Source of the DNA: Parasitella parasitica NRRL 2501
Lineage: Eukaryota > Fungi > Mucoromycota
DNA length: 64,000 bases
Direction: 5' to 3'
Assembly: GCA_025201805.1 (NCBI GenBank)
Contig: MU619241.1
Span: 191,947-255,946, forward strand
The notes under the pieces are model-generated. The model was not told the DNA's origin. It searched no databases and was given only the letters and a program-made list of their open reading frames with translations. The translations under genes and the position numbers were made by a program. How positions within the stretch are numbered: position 1 is the stretch's first letter; the number at the start of each line of letters is the position of its first letter. Positions 29,439 to 42,574 of the stretch are shown piece by piece.

Positions 29439-31327
29439 ATGCCAATTACTGAAACTTTTTCTGGGTTCATCGAAACCACAACGGACGCATTACTAATTTT
29501 TGAAGCCTGCCGCAGAGGAATGCTGCCGAAAATCAGCCGAAGACTGCAAGATCGAGAACGAGGATCTATTAAATCAGGCACCGTGTTTGTTTTTGATGAA
29601 AAAGATTCTGGCAAGTCAATGAATCCATGTATTTCTAGGCAACGTTCTAACCTTGATATCAGGTATTAAGCGTTGGACAGACGGTCTCGTCTGGAGCCCT
29701 TCTCGCATCCTTGGAAACTTCTTGATCTATCGTGAGCTGGATGGACGCGAATCGCTATATCAGAAATTGCCGATAGAGTATGATTCGCCCTATCTGCCTA
29801 TTCCAGCACAACAGCATCAGCAGCAGCAATTAGGTATTCAGGACGCACTGGAGCCCCATTTAGGAGAGCTTTCCAATGAGGAAAGAGAGAGAGAGCGTAA
29901 CCTAGTCGGATCTCTCACAGACACGTACAAGTTCAGAAAAGGAGGACTCATAAAAAAGACAATTAGCATCCATTTGAATGGATCTACACAGCATATGATC
30001 AGCTATTATACTAGATCAGACGTGCTCGAAGGAAGATTAGCCACTCCGTCTTCTGTTTCTGACTTGTCCAGCCTGCAAATCTCTCCTGAACTTTTACTAA
30101 AGCAGAGTTTCCGTGTACCTCCATCAGTTGAATTTGCAGAATTAATGCTGAAGAGACCCAGCTTGTCGCCATCCTCAACCAACTCGTCTGCGTCCACTAC
30201 AACCGGAAACACAGTCTATAGGAAATTCTCTTGTGCTGCCGCCACTCCAAAGCATCACTCTCCATATGAAATCCAGCATCGAGCACGAGTCAGCGAAGAT
30301 TACCAGTCTTTGTGTAAGTATATCTGCATATTAAGGTTACATTGCATTTTAATGTTTGAAAAAGAACGTGCATTGAACATTATTTCCTTTTTCACTATTA
30401 GCCTTGGATCATTCCAGAAGACTTAGTTTCGAATCCATCAGCGACAATAGGAAGTATGCCAGAGTAAGCGTCCGCGACCAACATGAGTCTTCCCGCAGAC
30501 GCTCCTCGTTCTTCCTGCCATCTAACGAATCACGAGCATCCTCTTTGAGTGTGAATACGGGTAGAACCGCTTCCTTTTCTCCTCTGCCTCTACCAACCCG
30601 CCCTCCTCATTACCTACATCAGCAGCAGCAGCAGCAGCAGCAGCATCATGAGGGAAAAAATATGCTAGCTCCTACCTCACCACTTAACGACACTTGTACC
30701 AGGTATTTATCGACTCATTTCTGAATATTTTATATATCACTAAGCCCCTATAACAGAACCTCGAGTGCCATGAACGGCAGCAGCAGAGCATCTTTCAATA
30801 CAACCGACCTTTTCCCTTCAAACAGATCCTTGAGCCAACAGCGCTATCATCAGCCTTCAGTTTCCAATGATATTATGACCAAGAGTAATTTTAGGCTAGA
30901 TGAACAAGAACCTTTCTCTTCTCCTTTTCGTTTCCAAAAGCATGAAAATAGCCATGTCCCTTCTGCGTATGAGCGAAATAACGGCCCCTCGCTTCCCTCT
31001 CCTTCCAGCTTGATCTGGTCATCCAGCAGCGCTAATGTGCATCATCCGCAACAGGAATACCACGAAAGTAGTGATAAAACAATGTACTTTAGTCGCCCAT
31101 CCCCACCGCCATTGTCCCAGACAACAGCCACATCGCCCTTGTCATTGGAGCCCACGAGCACCTACAGCAGCCCCACCGGCACCTACTATCATCGATACGA
31201 CAAGCAGCAAGCGAACAATGAAAATAACAGCACCAAATGCTACCCTTCTTTTTCCTCTTCAAACACCATGTTCAATTCCCGAAATTCTATCCATCAGCAA
31301 CTCTTCTCTTCTGGTAACAACATTTAA
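29439..31327 (+). CDS. Gti1/Pac2 (WOPR) family transcription factor, 4 exons, Q/S-rich C-terminus
   Basis: ETFSGFIETTTDALLIFEACRRG..RRLQDRER..IKSGTVFVFDE..SGIKRWTDGLVWSPSRILGNFLIYRE, and second box GLIKKTISI..HMISYY. Confidence 0.92.
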
Positions 31328-31711
31328 TTTATTGATATTTTGTATATAGCGGTATATACAGTTAATATGCACTGATCAAATCAGCAAAAAAAAAGTTCAT
31401 GCAAGTTTCCAAAGTAAAATAACCTTATGACACAGTCTCTCTCTTTACATACACCACTATATGATATTCACGCTCTTTTTAACCATTAAATAATATTGCT
31501 ATTTGTATGCTTAAATAATAAAATATAAATCTCAATGTAAAAAGAAGCTTCGGCTATAGCATATATTACTCCTTTATCGCTGACAGCTTTTATGTGAGGT
31601 ATGCAGCAGGCATTTGATACATCCTAGATAAAGTATAATTCACATTTGTATCTCTGAGGCCCTGAATACATCGTTTGCCGTTGATGTCGAATTTATTAAA
31701 TGGAAATGCTA

Positions 31712-33901
31712 TCATGCCTTTTGCGCTAAATGCACCACAACGCTGCTGTATGCCTTGGAGGTCAACCAGGGTAAACTAAGGCCCTTATTCATCAAGGCTG
31801 AACCTGACATTGTTCCAATAAACTCTGGTTTTTTTGGTTCTCTGCTCCAAATCCTAACATTGTACAAGGCATATGCAACAAGTCCCCTTAGTCGAACTGG
31901 ACTTAAAGGGATCCAAAACGCGCTATATTGACGGAATGCAAGCACAACGCCAGCGTCTCCTGCTGGTGTAGTTGTTTGAGTAACAGCAGTGTACGCTGAA
32001 GGCTTGTATGAGGGCACAACAAGCCATTCCAAGTTGCCCATCTGTAAAATGTCTCTGAATTCCTTGTATAGGGATATCCATCCTTCGTATTGTTCCAATT
32101 CAGACTTGGACAGACTATTAAGGTTGGATCCAATACCCAAGGCCCCCATGAAAGACACATGAAAGCGATACGAAATAGGAATTTGCGTATAATTGTCATC
32201 GTTTGGAGAATCTGTCACCCAGCAACTCATTGAATTAGACGGCATGGTCAAAGACGCACCATATTGAATTATGATTCGAGCGTCAGGTCTTGTATTATCA
32301 CTTGGCCAACAAGATTCAGTTTTTTTCAGAATTGAGAGGTCTGCGCGACCACCGCCACTGCAGCAGGTTTCGATGCGAATCAAATCGGTAGCCAGCTTTA
32401 CTTTTGCAATCAATTGGTTAAACACACGCACATGCTCTGTCCAAACTGCTTTGTCGAACTCAGAACCAGCTTCTGATATGGGTCGGTTCATGTCCCATTT
32501 AATGTAATCAACACCCACTGATTTCACCGTTGATATGATCCTCTCCAACAAGTATTCTTGCACCTCTGGCCTTGTTATATCCAGCACTAGCTGGTTTCGT
32601 TCTAAATGTCTCGTGCGCTCAGGATAATGATAGACCCAGTCTGGATGCTTTCGGTATAAATCCGAATCAGGATTGACCATCTCAGGCTCAAACCAGAGGC
32701 CAAACAGCATACCAAGGCTATGAACGTGATCCGCGAGTGGCTTCAGCCCATGTGGAAACTTGGCGACATCATAAAACCAATCACCCAAGCCTGCCCTATC
32801 TGAATTACGTCCACGGAACCATCCATCATCCAACACAAAGAGCTCTGCTCCAAGATTTGCAGCCTTTTGTGCCATTTCCTTTTGATTTTCGAATGTAACA
32901 CCAAAACCATAAGCTTCCCATCCATTATACAAGACTGGTGCGACATGTTTAGGATCTCTGACCAGCGATTTATCTTTGTTGTCCCTGATATGGTTTGTTA
33001 AGCATCGACGAGCCCCTGATAAGCCTTCTGTGGTGAATCCTGCGACAAATTCCGGCAATTCAAATGTGGTGTCTCGTAAATGATGCTCGAAATCACGATC
33101 GTTCATACCACCTGTGATGGCAACTTTGCCTTGTATATCTGTATGTAATTCAATCGCCCAGTTACCGCTCCATCCCAGAGACCCAAAATAAACTTGGCAA
33201 TCGCTGTGTTCGCCATCGCTGACGTGATCTTTAACGGCAAAATAAGGATATGCTTGAGCCGAAGGGATTCCCCTAGTCGATTGTAATACATGAGATGTTC
33301 CAGGTTCCAAGGAATGTATCTGCACTTGAGTTTCAGCAGCCCAAGCACCTGCTAAAGTAATCAACTCACGCTGGCAGCTATTTGCAGGTGGAGGAATGTG
33401 CCATGCAGCAGTGTGTGCTTTCGTTAACACAAGCGTTTCCTCACCCGAAGCATGTACAGTGGCTGTCCGGATAACCAAGTCGTTTTCTATGTCCAATGCA
33501 TATTTGAGTTTGATCCTGCATCCTGTGTGAGCCTTATCTTCTAACGTAATCACCAGCTCGGTTGCCTCGTCATTGACTTGGCCCTCGGTGAACGTTAAAT
33601 CTAGCTCGCGAGTTCCATTTTCAAACTGAATTCGCATCAAGTCAGGCCCGTAGCGAAGGCCTCCAAATACAGGAAACTCTTCTGATGTTGAGGTGATGGC
33701 CGGGTCTTGTGAACTTCTTTCTGATGGCATCTTGTTGTCAAGGTCTATATCCGTAAAAGTTACTAGGCGAGAGCCCCAATACAGATTCAACACAAGGCCC
33801 GTATCCTTGTCGACGCCTATAACGTAGGTGGTGTTTGCGGTAGAAAGAAACCAAGCGTGTTTACCTTTGTGGTATGATATTCCAGGCTTTAATATGAGCA
33901 T
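31712..33901 (-). CDS. GH36 alpha-galactosidase (melibiase), intronless, no signal peptide
   Basis: 729-aa ORF with YNGWEAY, LFVLDDGWF..GLGDW, FGLWFEPEMVNPDSDL, YIKWDMNR (nucleophile), CCSGGGR and WPSDNT (acid/base). Confidence 0.95.
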   Translation of the reverse strand: MLILKPGISYHKGKHAWFLSTANTTYVIGVDKDTGLVLNLYWGSRLVTFTDIDLDNKMPSERSSQDPAITSTSEEFPVFGGLRYGPDLMRIQFENGTRELDLTFTEGQVNDEATELVITLEDKAHTGCRIKLKYALDIENDLVIRTATVHASGEETLVLTKAHTAAWHIPPPANSCQRELITLAGAWAAETQVQIHSLEPGTSHVLQSTRGIPSAQAYPYFAVKDHVSDGEHSDCQVYFGSLGWSGNWAIELHTDIQGKVAITGGMNDRDFEHHLRDTTFELPEFVAGFTTEGLSGARRCLTNHIRDNKDKSLVRDPKHVAPVLYNGWEAYGFGVTFENQKEMAQKAANLGAELFVLDDGWFRGRNSDRAGLGDWFYDVAKFPHGLKPLADHVHSLGMLFGLWFEPEMVNPDSDLYRKHPDWVYHYPERTRHLERNQLVLDITRPEVQEYLLERIISTVKSVGVDYIKWDMNRPISEAGSEFDKAVWTEHVRVFNQLIAKVKLATDLIRIETCCSGGGRADLSILKKTESCWPSDNTRPDARIIIQYGASLTMPSNSMSCWVTDSPNDDNYTQIPISYRFHVSFMGALGIGSNLNSLSKSELEQYEGWISLYKEFRDILQMGNLEWLVVPSYKPSAYTAVTQTTTPAGDAGVVLAFRQYSAFWIPLSPVRLRGLVAYALYNVRIWSREPKKPEFIGTMSGSALMNKGLSLPWLTSKAYSSVVVHLAQKA

Positions 33902-35627
33902 AATAAATCCAAAGAAAAAGAGGGGTATGTATAATGCGAATATGACCTATGGATTAAATTAATGCGAAATTGGGGTTTCCGTATGGACCTGTGCAACTCG
34001 TATCATTTGATTCCGGGTGTGCATTTTCAACATGAGAGGGCACTGCAAAATGTTTGGTATTTAGACGGTATACGAGTCATGAAATGTTGTTGAACCTTTC
34101 CCCACTTTGATTAATTCTTTCCCTTCCCTGCGCTAGTGAAGCAGGCCTTTTCGCTAATAGACTAAATAAAAATTTGGGCGTCTTCCAGTGTAGAAGGTCT
34201 TGTCAGACAAGTACCAACAGGCTGGGTTCTTTATATCCAGTTGTAAAGTAGAACAGCTAGTCAAACCTGTACCATCTTTTCCATAATATAGGAATGGTTC
34301 AAAAGTGTCTGCCTTTGCAAAGCCATCGTAGGTTTTAGGCGCCTGCTTTTGTTTTGTTTGCTCTACGTGAACTTTAGTGTGTTATTGTCAGAAAAAAGAC
34401 AAAAACTGTAAGAAAACATTGTTTAGCGATCTCAAACACAAAAAAAAAGTAATATAAAGTAATGCATTGGACTAGAAGGTACTTTTTTTTTATTACATTA
34501 TTGCATAGCTTAGAGCAAGTTTTTGTACTTTTTAAGTTGACATCCGATGAAGGTAACGCTTTTTTTCGGAAAAGTATTTTTCAAATTAAAAGCGTGAGAT
34601 CTTCAGGCCATATAAAGACATGAAAGTACTACCATTGGAAAGCCAAGAAGCATAATATTTAAATAGACTAAACTTTAATTGTTTTTCTCTTGAATTGGGT
34701 AAGATATAGCTTCTCAAAGCTAATACTTTCTTAAGAAAACTGATTTTCTTTGATAGCGGAGGTTAAACGCGTCCAAAACCAGGAAGGAAAACTTCTATCA
34801 AAACTCCATTTGGACATTTCGAAAACAAAATTACTTTTTTAAGACAAGATATCGTCCTCTGATACTATGCATACCACGGCTGTCAGTCTATGATAATAGC
34901 TGTACATTTGGGCACGCTACACTATGGTGTTATTTTCATAATTCCCGTATGCTTATGGAAGGAGTTCTGCCGAAAAACCTCAAAAACAGATTAAGAGGAA
35001 AAAATTAACATTTTGCTTAATCAAAGCGCATTGCCAGTCTTTCAGATCATGGAATGGTCTTTTACGATCATTTTCCTCTAATATATGACATAGTAAAAAG
35101 TTGCATTTTTGGGGTCAAAATTGAGGATAATGCATAATCAATGATTTTGGATGTGTGGATACAAGGAAAAAATCGAAAAAATTGATGATTTTGCATCGAA
35201 AAAAAAATCATGCTCAAATTGCACCAAAATCATATATAATGTAGTTTTTTCCCAATGGATACTATTTCTGGTGTTTTCAGGGCACTTTTAACAAAAAAAA
35301 ATCGGTCAAAAAATGGCACACAAAGCTAAAGTTCTTGCTTTTAGGCTGTAAAAAGACTTATCTGGAGATGGTATTACGTCAATATCAATTCTAATACATA
35401 ACACAGCTCTGTAAAGCAACTATTCTTGATACCGCAAGTATGCCTTTCTTCATATTAATGTGAAAAAACAGGTGTGGCCCTTCGAGTTTGAAGTATAAGA
35501 GGATAATCAATGGATACTTTGCTGCAAAAAACCCTTGTTATTTGTGAATAATTCTATATTACCGTTGTTACTTATAATAGTGCTTAATGCCAGTTCAAAG
35601 AGCTCCTTTTTTTTTGTGATTTTATTG

Positions 35628-36110
35628 CTAAACATGTGGAATAGAAAGCAAAATAGAGGTTTGAATTGAGGTTGAGGGTAATTTTACTAACAAAACTTCA
35701 GCTTCAGCTGCTAGTTGCACTTCGAGATCGTTCCGAGCGGCTTCAGACTCTGCCAATGCTGTTTTCAATTGCGCAATTTCAGCATGGACAGTTTCCAACC
35801 GGGCTATTCTATTTCTTACTTCAATCATAATAGCAGAAATGTTGATGTCGCCTTTGCAAAAGGCAGGTGACATATTTGTGATTCCAAAATCGGTCGAAAT
35901 AGCTTCGATCAAACAATTTTGGGGAGATATGTTGCTGGGAGTTAAACGGGAGAGACCATTTTCTTTGTTTTCAGCAGTTGAGTGGTGTTGAAAGCAAAAA
36001 AAAAAAGTGGAGACAGTGATGAACTTGGTCGATTTTGACTAGGAGAAAAAGGATCAACAGAGCTTGGCTGGCTTGGAGAGATTTTCTCGAGCGGGTTGTT
36101 GTTTTTGCTA
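35628..36110 (-). mobile_element. Probable 5' remnant (ORF1 coiled-coil) of a non-LTR retrotransposon
   Basis: Truncated heptad-rich ORF (IMIEVRNRIARLETVHAEIAQLKTALAESEAARNDLEVQL) with a broken upstream frame, in a repeat-rich interval. Family assignment is recall, not a search. Confidence 0.4.
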
Positions 36111-36257
36111 ATAATTGTAGATATATATACGTTTGGGTCAATTTTGGTATGTCAAAACAAGTCAGTATAATGAATCTGCCAACGAGTTGCACTTTTATCA
36201 GAAATACATCTTTTGGATGTATTTATAATATACCAACATTATGTGCTAATGTCATAA

Positions 36258-37400
36258 TGTAAGACTGTAACTAAGATTTACTGTATTAGAGCTTGCGGTG
36301 TAAACCCTTGATTTACCCACGCACATTGGCTTTAGCCCCTTGATCTGACTACAAGCCCTATAGCATGTTATTGAGATAACACCACCCCCATACCAACATA
36401 CGCATTATGTGGAAGAGAGAGAGAAACCATAGCGGTAGATAGTTACAGTAGTAGTTGTGAACGCAGGAGTAGTAGGCCGACATAACAAAAAAAGAAAAAA
36501 GGAAATAAAAACGCAATCATCCAACATTTAGCAGTGCCTGTGCTTGATTTAGTTAGTGCTGCAGGCACTGGATAATTCACATAGCTGTAAACGCTGACAT
36601 ATACAATAATTTGATTTTCACGGCAACTATTAAAAACCTCAAAGTATTCCAAAAACCCAGTCTGAAACAGAATGTTAATCAAGAAAAGGTATAACCATAA
36701 TAAACGTTAAGCACTATCTAGGGCCAGCAATCTTTCTTGCCTTTCCTTGGACTTGGTCTCACGCGCAGCAATCTGTCTTGTATTGATTGCTCTAGGGCCA
36801 TTCTTGCCTTTTGCGTTGGCTCCAAAGTCTTTCCCAGGATTGCTTGATCACATCAGGATTGTTAAACATTGGTGTGGGCTCCCAAGAGTTCCAATCATCA
36901 CTGAAATTCTTCCATTTAACCAAATATTGGTAGTTGGGTGGATCTCCTTTCTGGTTAAAGGTCGCTTGTACCTCATACACATCTGAATTATCCTCCTTGG
37001 TATCATTCGTGCCTAATGAACGTCGTTAGCTGTGTTGGTACATACATCTCTTGCCAAGAACGAGTTTGTTCTATCAGTGAGAATATACAGCATCCATTTC
37101 GTGTAAATCCATGCACGTAGGACGGTCCCTCATAGTTGGGCTCAGTTTTCTCCTTCTTTTTCTCTACATTCTTGATCATGAACGTAGATCCAATAGGAAA
37201 GGGCTTTTCTAGAATTCTATGTCTCTTTCTAAAGTACTCGCTATCCTTATTCCTGTGTCTTTCGAATCTGGTCTCTGATCGCAGGGACAATTATCCTGTC
37301 GATTTGATCCAGCTTCTTTTGCAAAGCTTCAATATCGACTTCTCTTTCATAAAGTACAGGCTTATCACCACTGAAACCTTCAAATCCATTGGGTAGTCTA
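36258..37400 (-). mobile_element. Decayed Ty3/Gypsy chromovirus 3' end: integrase C-terminus, chromodomain, PPT and putative 3' LTR
   Basis: PFPIGSTFMIKN..EPNYEGP (37003-37290); chromodomain YEVQ..YQYLVKWKNF..NSWEP..F (36792-36980); purine run GGGGGTGG (36389-36382) followed by a TGTT...TACA segment (36381-36258). Confidence 0.8.
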
Positions 37401-38420
37401 TAGATTTATAGATGGGCTCTCATATGTATCAACTACAGCTTTGGTGAAACAAGGGATACTTGCGTCGCAGGTGGAGTCGTTGTTCAACAAGTGTTACATG
37501 TCGAATTGCTGTGTTCACCTGTGCGACACAATAAAGCTAGCAAGAAGAGCTGTCAGGTATGAATATGCTGGTAATCTTTCGAATCATTGCATTGAACCGA
37601 GTTTTTGGTGAATTGATAGAAAAAAGGGGTTATCGGTTCCTTGGTTGGTTATTGTGGGGTTTTGTTTGTAGCTTATTCTAACCTCGGGCGATCTCTTCTT
37701 CGAGCCAAGGTTTCTCCATTGTTGATTCGGACATAAAACCTTGATTCAAACATTGCTTTAGCATATTACGCGGAATCTGACTTGGCAAAGTATTCGCTAT
37801 GCGTGGAGATCTTAAATCCGATCCACGTCAACTGCGAGAGCAGCTCGCGTGTGCCCCCCCCCCTCAAAATACATTAATCACCTGAGCTTAGTCAATTGAT
37901 ACACAGATACATTCCAAGTTAGAGTAGTATTGGATCATGAAAGCGCAATTAACGCACTCGGTCACCTCAAATCTTGTTTTTCCATGACGAACGTTTGTTT
38001 GCATAGCAGAACGAGACATTACGCAAGTTGATGGAGGAAAACAACAAGTAGAACGGGTCGGGAAGACGGTGCAGTGGTGATTGGACATGTACCATAATTT
38101 GAAAGAACGTCCCTAAACACAAGGTGGTTTACGACGCTCAAGGAATCTGATGCTTCTCATTCACCATGTTTCTCACCCAAACCGAGCCTTATTTTTCCCT
38201 CTGTTATTTTTTTAAAATTTTGCCATTTTTTTTTTTTTAAGCTAAACTCTCCTTCGCATTGTTTTAAAATTTCTTTTCCTCTCCTTTTTTTCTACTCTTT
38301 TCCTTCCTTGTAAACTTTAAAAAGTAGTAGCACATCGAACAACACGCGAACAGATAGAAGAGCGACGAGCACTACAATAACACAACCACCACAGCAATTT
38401 ACCATTCTATCAATTAATAC

Positions 38421-41196
38421 ATGGCTGCGCTGTCATTTAACTACGCACCGCCTATATCGGGTCACTACACCCAATATACAGCAGACGATGAGGAATCGTC
38501 AATTGCTTCTAGCTTGCAAGAGCAATGTCAAAATATAATGACAGAAAGAAACTGTCAAATCTCTGTGATAACCACTAAAAACAGCACATCTTCCACCGCG
38601 GCTTCTAGTAACGCCGAGTACAATCTTTCATTGACTGGCTCTGCTCAAGCTTTGATGGAAGCTCGTGGCGATTTGCTAGCAGATTGTCTGTTGCAGGTGG
38701 GTGTCTGCGCATGACAATACGCTTGTTTTTTAATTAATTTGTAAATAGATCAAATTGACACTTCGATTACCTCCAACATCAAATCTTTCTCAACTGACCA
38801 AGCATTTCAAAGAATTGGAGCATGAATTGACTACAAAAATCAGCATTACTCCAGAAAAATCAGACTTGTCGTCGTTTGCATCTGATAATCCAATGTACAT
38901 TCATATTGTTGGCACTCCAATCCAAGTCGAACTATGCCGTGTGCGTTTGTTGGTTGTTCTAGATGAAATTTTGGTGAGTGGAAAAAAAAAAAAAAAATGA
39001 GACATTTCACTTGAGAGAAAAAAAAAAAAAATTCCGCTATTGTTAAATCAAAAATAATACTAACACACGCTGCCTGATGTAATGTGTAGAAATCATTCAA
39101 GACTGAAGTAGTTAGATTACCATTGAAACTACAGTATTTAATTTGCGGCAGAAAACGAGCTGGCCTGTTACCAATTATTGAAGAAACTTCAACAAACATT
39201 TATTTCCCTTCGCCATTTACCGAGACATCTAATACGACTACCACAGCAACTAATAATGCAGACAATGCTCACGAGGAGACCCAACCTGCAATTTATATCA
39301 CAGGTGAACCCACCCATGTGTCGCGTGTAAAAGACATGCTGCACAAACTCGCTATTCAAAAAGTAAGCTACCTCATCCACTGCACAAAAATTAAACTTTT
39401 ACCCTAACTTGTATTTGACAGGCAAAGTCAATGTATCACAAAGACACTGCACTTTATGCAAGAAAAATAGATTGGCTCTTACTGCATCGTCGAGACGAGC
39501 TACGCAAAATCATGCATGACAATGGTAACAGCTGCTGATTTCGTCTAGTCCGGCTTTCCTCGTACTAATTTGCTGCTTTAGGTGCTTACATTGAATTTCC
39601 CCCCATCGGCTCGGGCGATAATAAAGTAACTGTCTATGCAGAGAACAGAGTTAACGCTGAACGCACATTGAGGGCGCTTAATTTCCAGGCATGCAACATT
39701 TACGAAGCCTGCTTCTACTTTAACAATCGAGACGGCGCCATCTACGACTCGGCAGGCACCCATACATTCTTTGATTCTACCTCCAACCTGTCTAGCTTGG
39801 TATCCCAGCTTTCCCAGGTATCTGGATCCGAAGTCATCTACAAAACCGACCCTGGATGTATTGAAGTGCTGGGCGCCGAGCGTGCTATTCGCAACGTCTA
39901 TCAGCGGTTGCAGGAAATGCAGTTTCTACAAGTGTTCCATCAGTACACTGTTTTCAGAGTCGAATCATCCAACGAGCAGCGAGATTTCATCTCTGGAAAA
40001 AAGAATGGTAAAATCAACAAGATCATGAAGACATCTGGAGCAAAGATCCGGTTCATGCCGTTCATCAACGAGTATAATTTCATTATTGAAGTCGAAAGCA
40101 CCAGTTTCACAAAGGCATTGGACGGCCTCACCTTGCTGCAAGAAGAGCTCCCTGCTGAAATTTCGTTCTATGTGCCGGAATCGTACCACAAACGCATCAT
40201 CGGCGTTGGCGGAAAAAACATTCAGCGCATCATGAAGAAATACGGCGTCTATGTCAAGTTTTCAAACACGGAGGAATTTGCCTCGCTAGGCGGATATTAC
40301 AACAATCAGGATAACGTCGTTGCTCGCACCCCGATGAAGAATCAAATTAACCTCGACAATTTACGTCATGCGGTTATGGAGTTGATTCACCCAAAAGACA
40401 GAGATTTTGTTACAGAAACCATCCAGATTCCTTTCAGGCTGCACAGAGATTTGATTCACGAGTATCAAAACAATTTTATCACTGAAGAACTGACCAAAAA
40501 GACGAATACACACGTTTTGTGGCCTGATGCAGAATTAGCGAGTGACACTGTCGAGCTGTTGGGCCCAGAAGCTCACATGCCCTTGGCTTTCAAAATGATG
40601 GAAAGTATTGTTCCAGAGGCGTATGATTTGCATGTCCCCAATGGCGGCGCCGCTTTCAACGATGCAGTTGCGTCTGATCTTTTCCAAGAAAAGGTGGTTT
40701 CTCGTCTTCACCAAGACTACAATGTCATTGCCGAGGCTGGTGATTTGTTTATTCGATTAAACATGAGCAGAGACAAAGTACTGGACGTTTTGCGTGATTC
40801 TTTGCAGATAACGATTGACTATCTCAAGAGCCAGCAGGTTGCAATCAACGAAGATACGGTCAATGCCGATGCTCTATTTGCCGCTGTAGAAAAGAAATCG
40901 TCGCTATCGAGTATCAGAAAGACAATCCTGCCAAGCAGCAGTTCAAGTAGCAGCTTGCTGGATTCGGCATCTCTGCTCAAGCAACATCAGACGGCTTCTT
41001 CCCAGTCGATCATCGGTAACCCGCCGTCTGTTTCCATGATGCGATCTTCGAATGATACTATATACACTACGCCTACCGCAGCTGCAGGCAGTAACAACGC
41101 CACCCCTCCTCAACCATATCACTTTTTCAGTTTCCAGCATGATAACGTATCTCTTGATAACACTAGCAATTGGGCCCCACTTAATACAGCGCATAT

Positions 41197-41229
<33 letters not shown>

Positions 41230-42285
41230 AAAGCAGCAACACCCCATACCTGCGGCTACAACCACCTCAACATCTGCACATTCCAATGGTAGTGGCAACG
41301 ATAACACAATCCGAGCTATTTTTGATGCGCCCATTGATCTAACTGAGCAGGAGCGAGCTGTTTTGTCAAGTTATCGCTATCAACGAATGAGCATGCCTCC
41401 AAACTCTAACTTTGGATTTCCCCAAGCAGTTCCTGCTGCTCCTAACAATACTGATATCTGGTCAGCTCCTTCTACATCCTCGAACCGAAGAGCAACTGTT
41501 GGATTCTCAACATCGGGCATGACGAGCCCACCGCAACCAAGACATTCTGCCAGTAGTAATTATAAAAGTAATACGAGTGAACTTAATATGAGGGTAAGAC
41601 ATTGGGTTTTGTGTGTTGCAGGCATAGCATACTAATCTTGTATTGATAGAGATACAATGAGCCGGCTAATAATGCATTTTATCCTGCTACGATGAACCAT
41701 GGACACTTGTCTTCTTCTGCAGCTGGTGGTGCTGCTAGTGCTGCTGTTGGTGGAGGTGGTGGAGGTGGTGGCGGCGGTAGTGGCAGCGGTTCTGGGCCGT
41801 CTACTATTGCTGGTGAATTCAATCCATACAATGACTCTGCGCCTACATCGGGATCATTGAAATCAAGCCAATCACTTCCTGAACCAATGCTGGAAGGTCA
41901 TTTCAACACAGGAAGATCCTCGTTTCACCCACAGCAGCAACAGACTTCACCCAATTCATTTCATCTATCTCAACAACCGACATTTAGTCAATTGAATCTT
42001 GGAACCTACAGACAATCAAACCCTGGTGGTGGATTTGTTTCTCGTAATACACCTCCCAGTCATGATCAATTTTTTACTAACAATGAAGAAATCAATGGTA
42101 TGTTGATGCATTTGTAGCATTTAGCATAAATTTATTGACGCATATAGACAGTAGTTCAGAGTATGCTCGGTGGAAACCTAGCAAATAATGACAACACGGC
42201 ATTCGATACTCGCCGTCAGCCTCCTCCTTCAAACAATGACTATGACAGCAAAGGCTCTCGACCCCCACCAGGTATTGATATCTAG
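38421..42285 (+). CDS. Multi-KH-domain RNA-binding protein (Mug60/YLL032C-like), low-complexity C-terminus; last exon uncertain (stop at 42188 or 42285)
   Basis: KH GxxG-type loops LICGRKR, FISGKKNGKINKIMK and HKRIIGVGGKNIQRIMKKYGVYVKFS; poly-Q and poly-G tail; GT-AG introns. Confidence 0.8.
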
Positions 42286-42574
42286 TTGATGTATTTTTTT
42301 CGCCCACCCTACAAAAGCAAGCGACTTTTTTTACATGGAAAACAACAAAAAGCATACAAAATCTATCTTTTATTTTCTATTTTACATATATTTTATCCCC
42401 TTTTTTTTTTATATTTTTATTTAGAATTTTAAAATCTCTAATATCGTAAATAATGTTTTTCATATAGATCCCACATAATTTCACCTTTTATTTTAATTGT
42501 TATTATTTTGCTTAATCATTATATATTATTATCCTTTCTTAAAATAAACAAAGCCAAGGTTTCTTGCCAACAAA

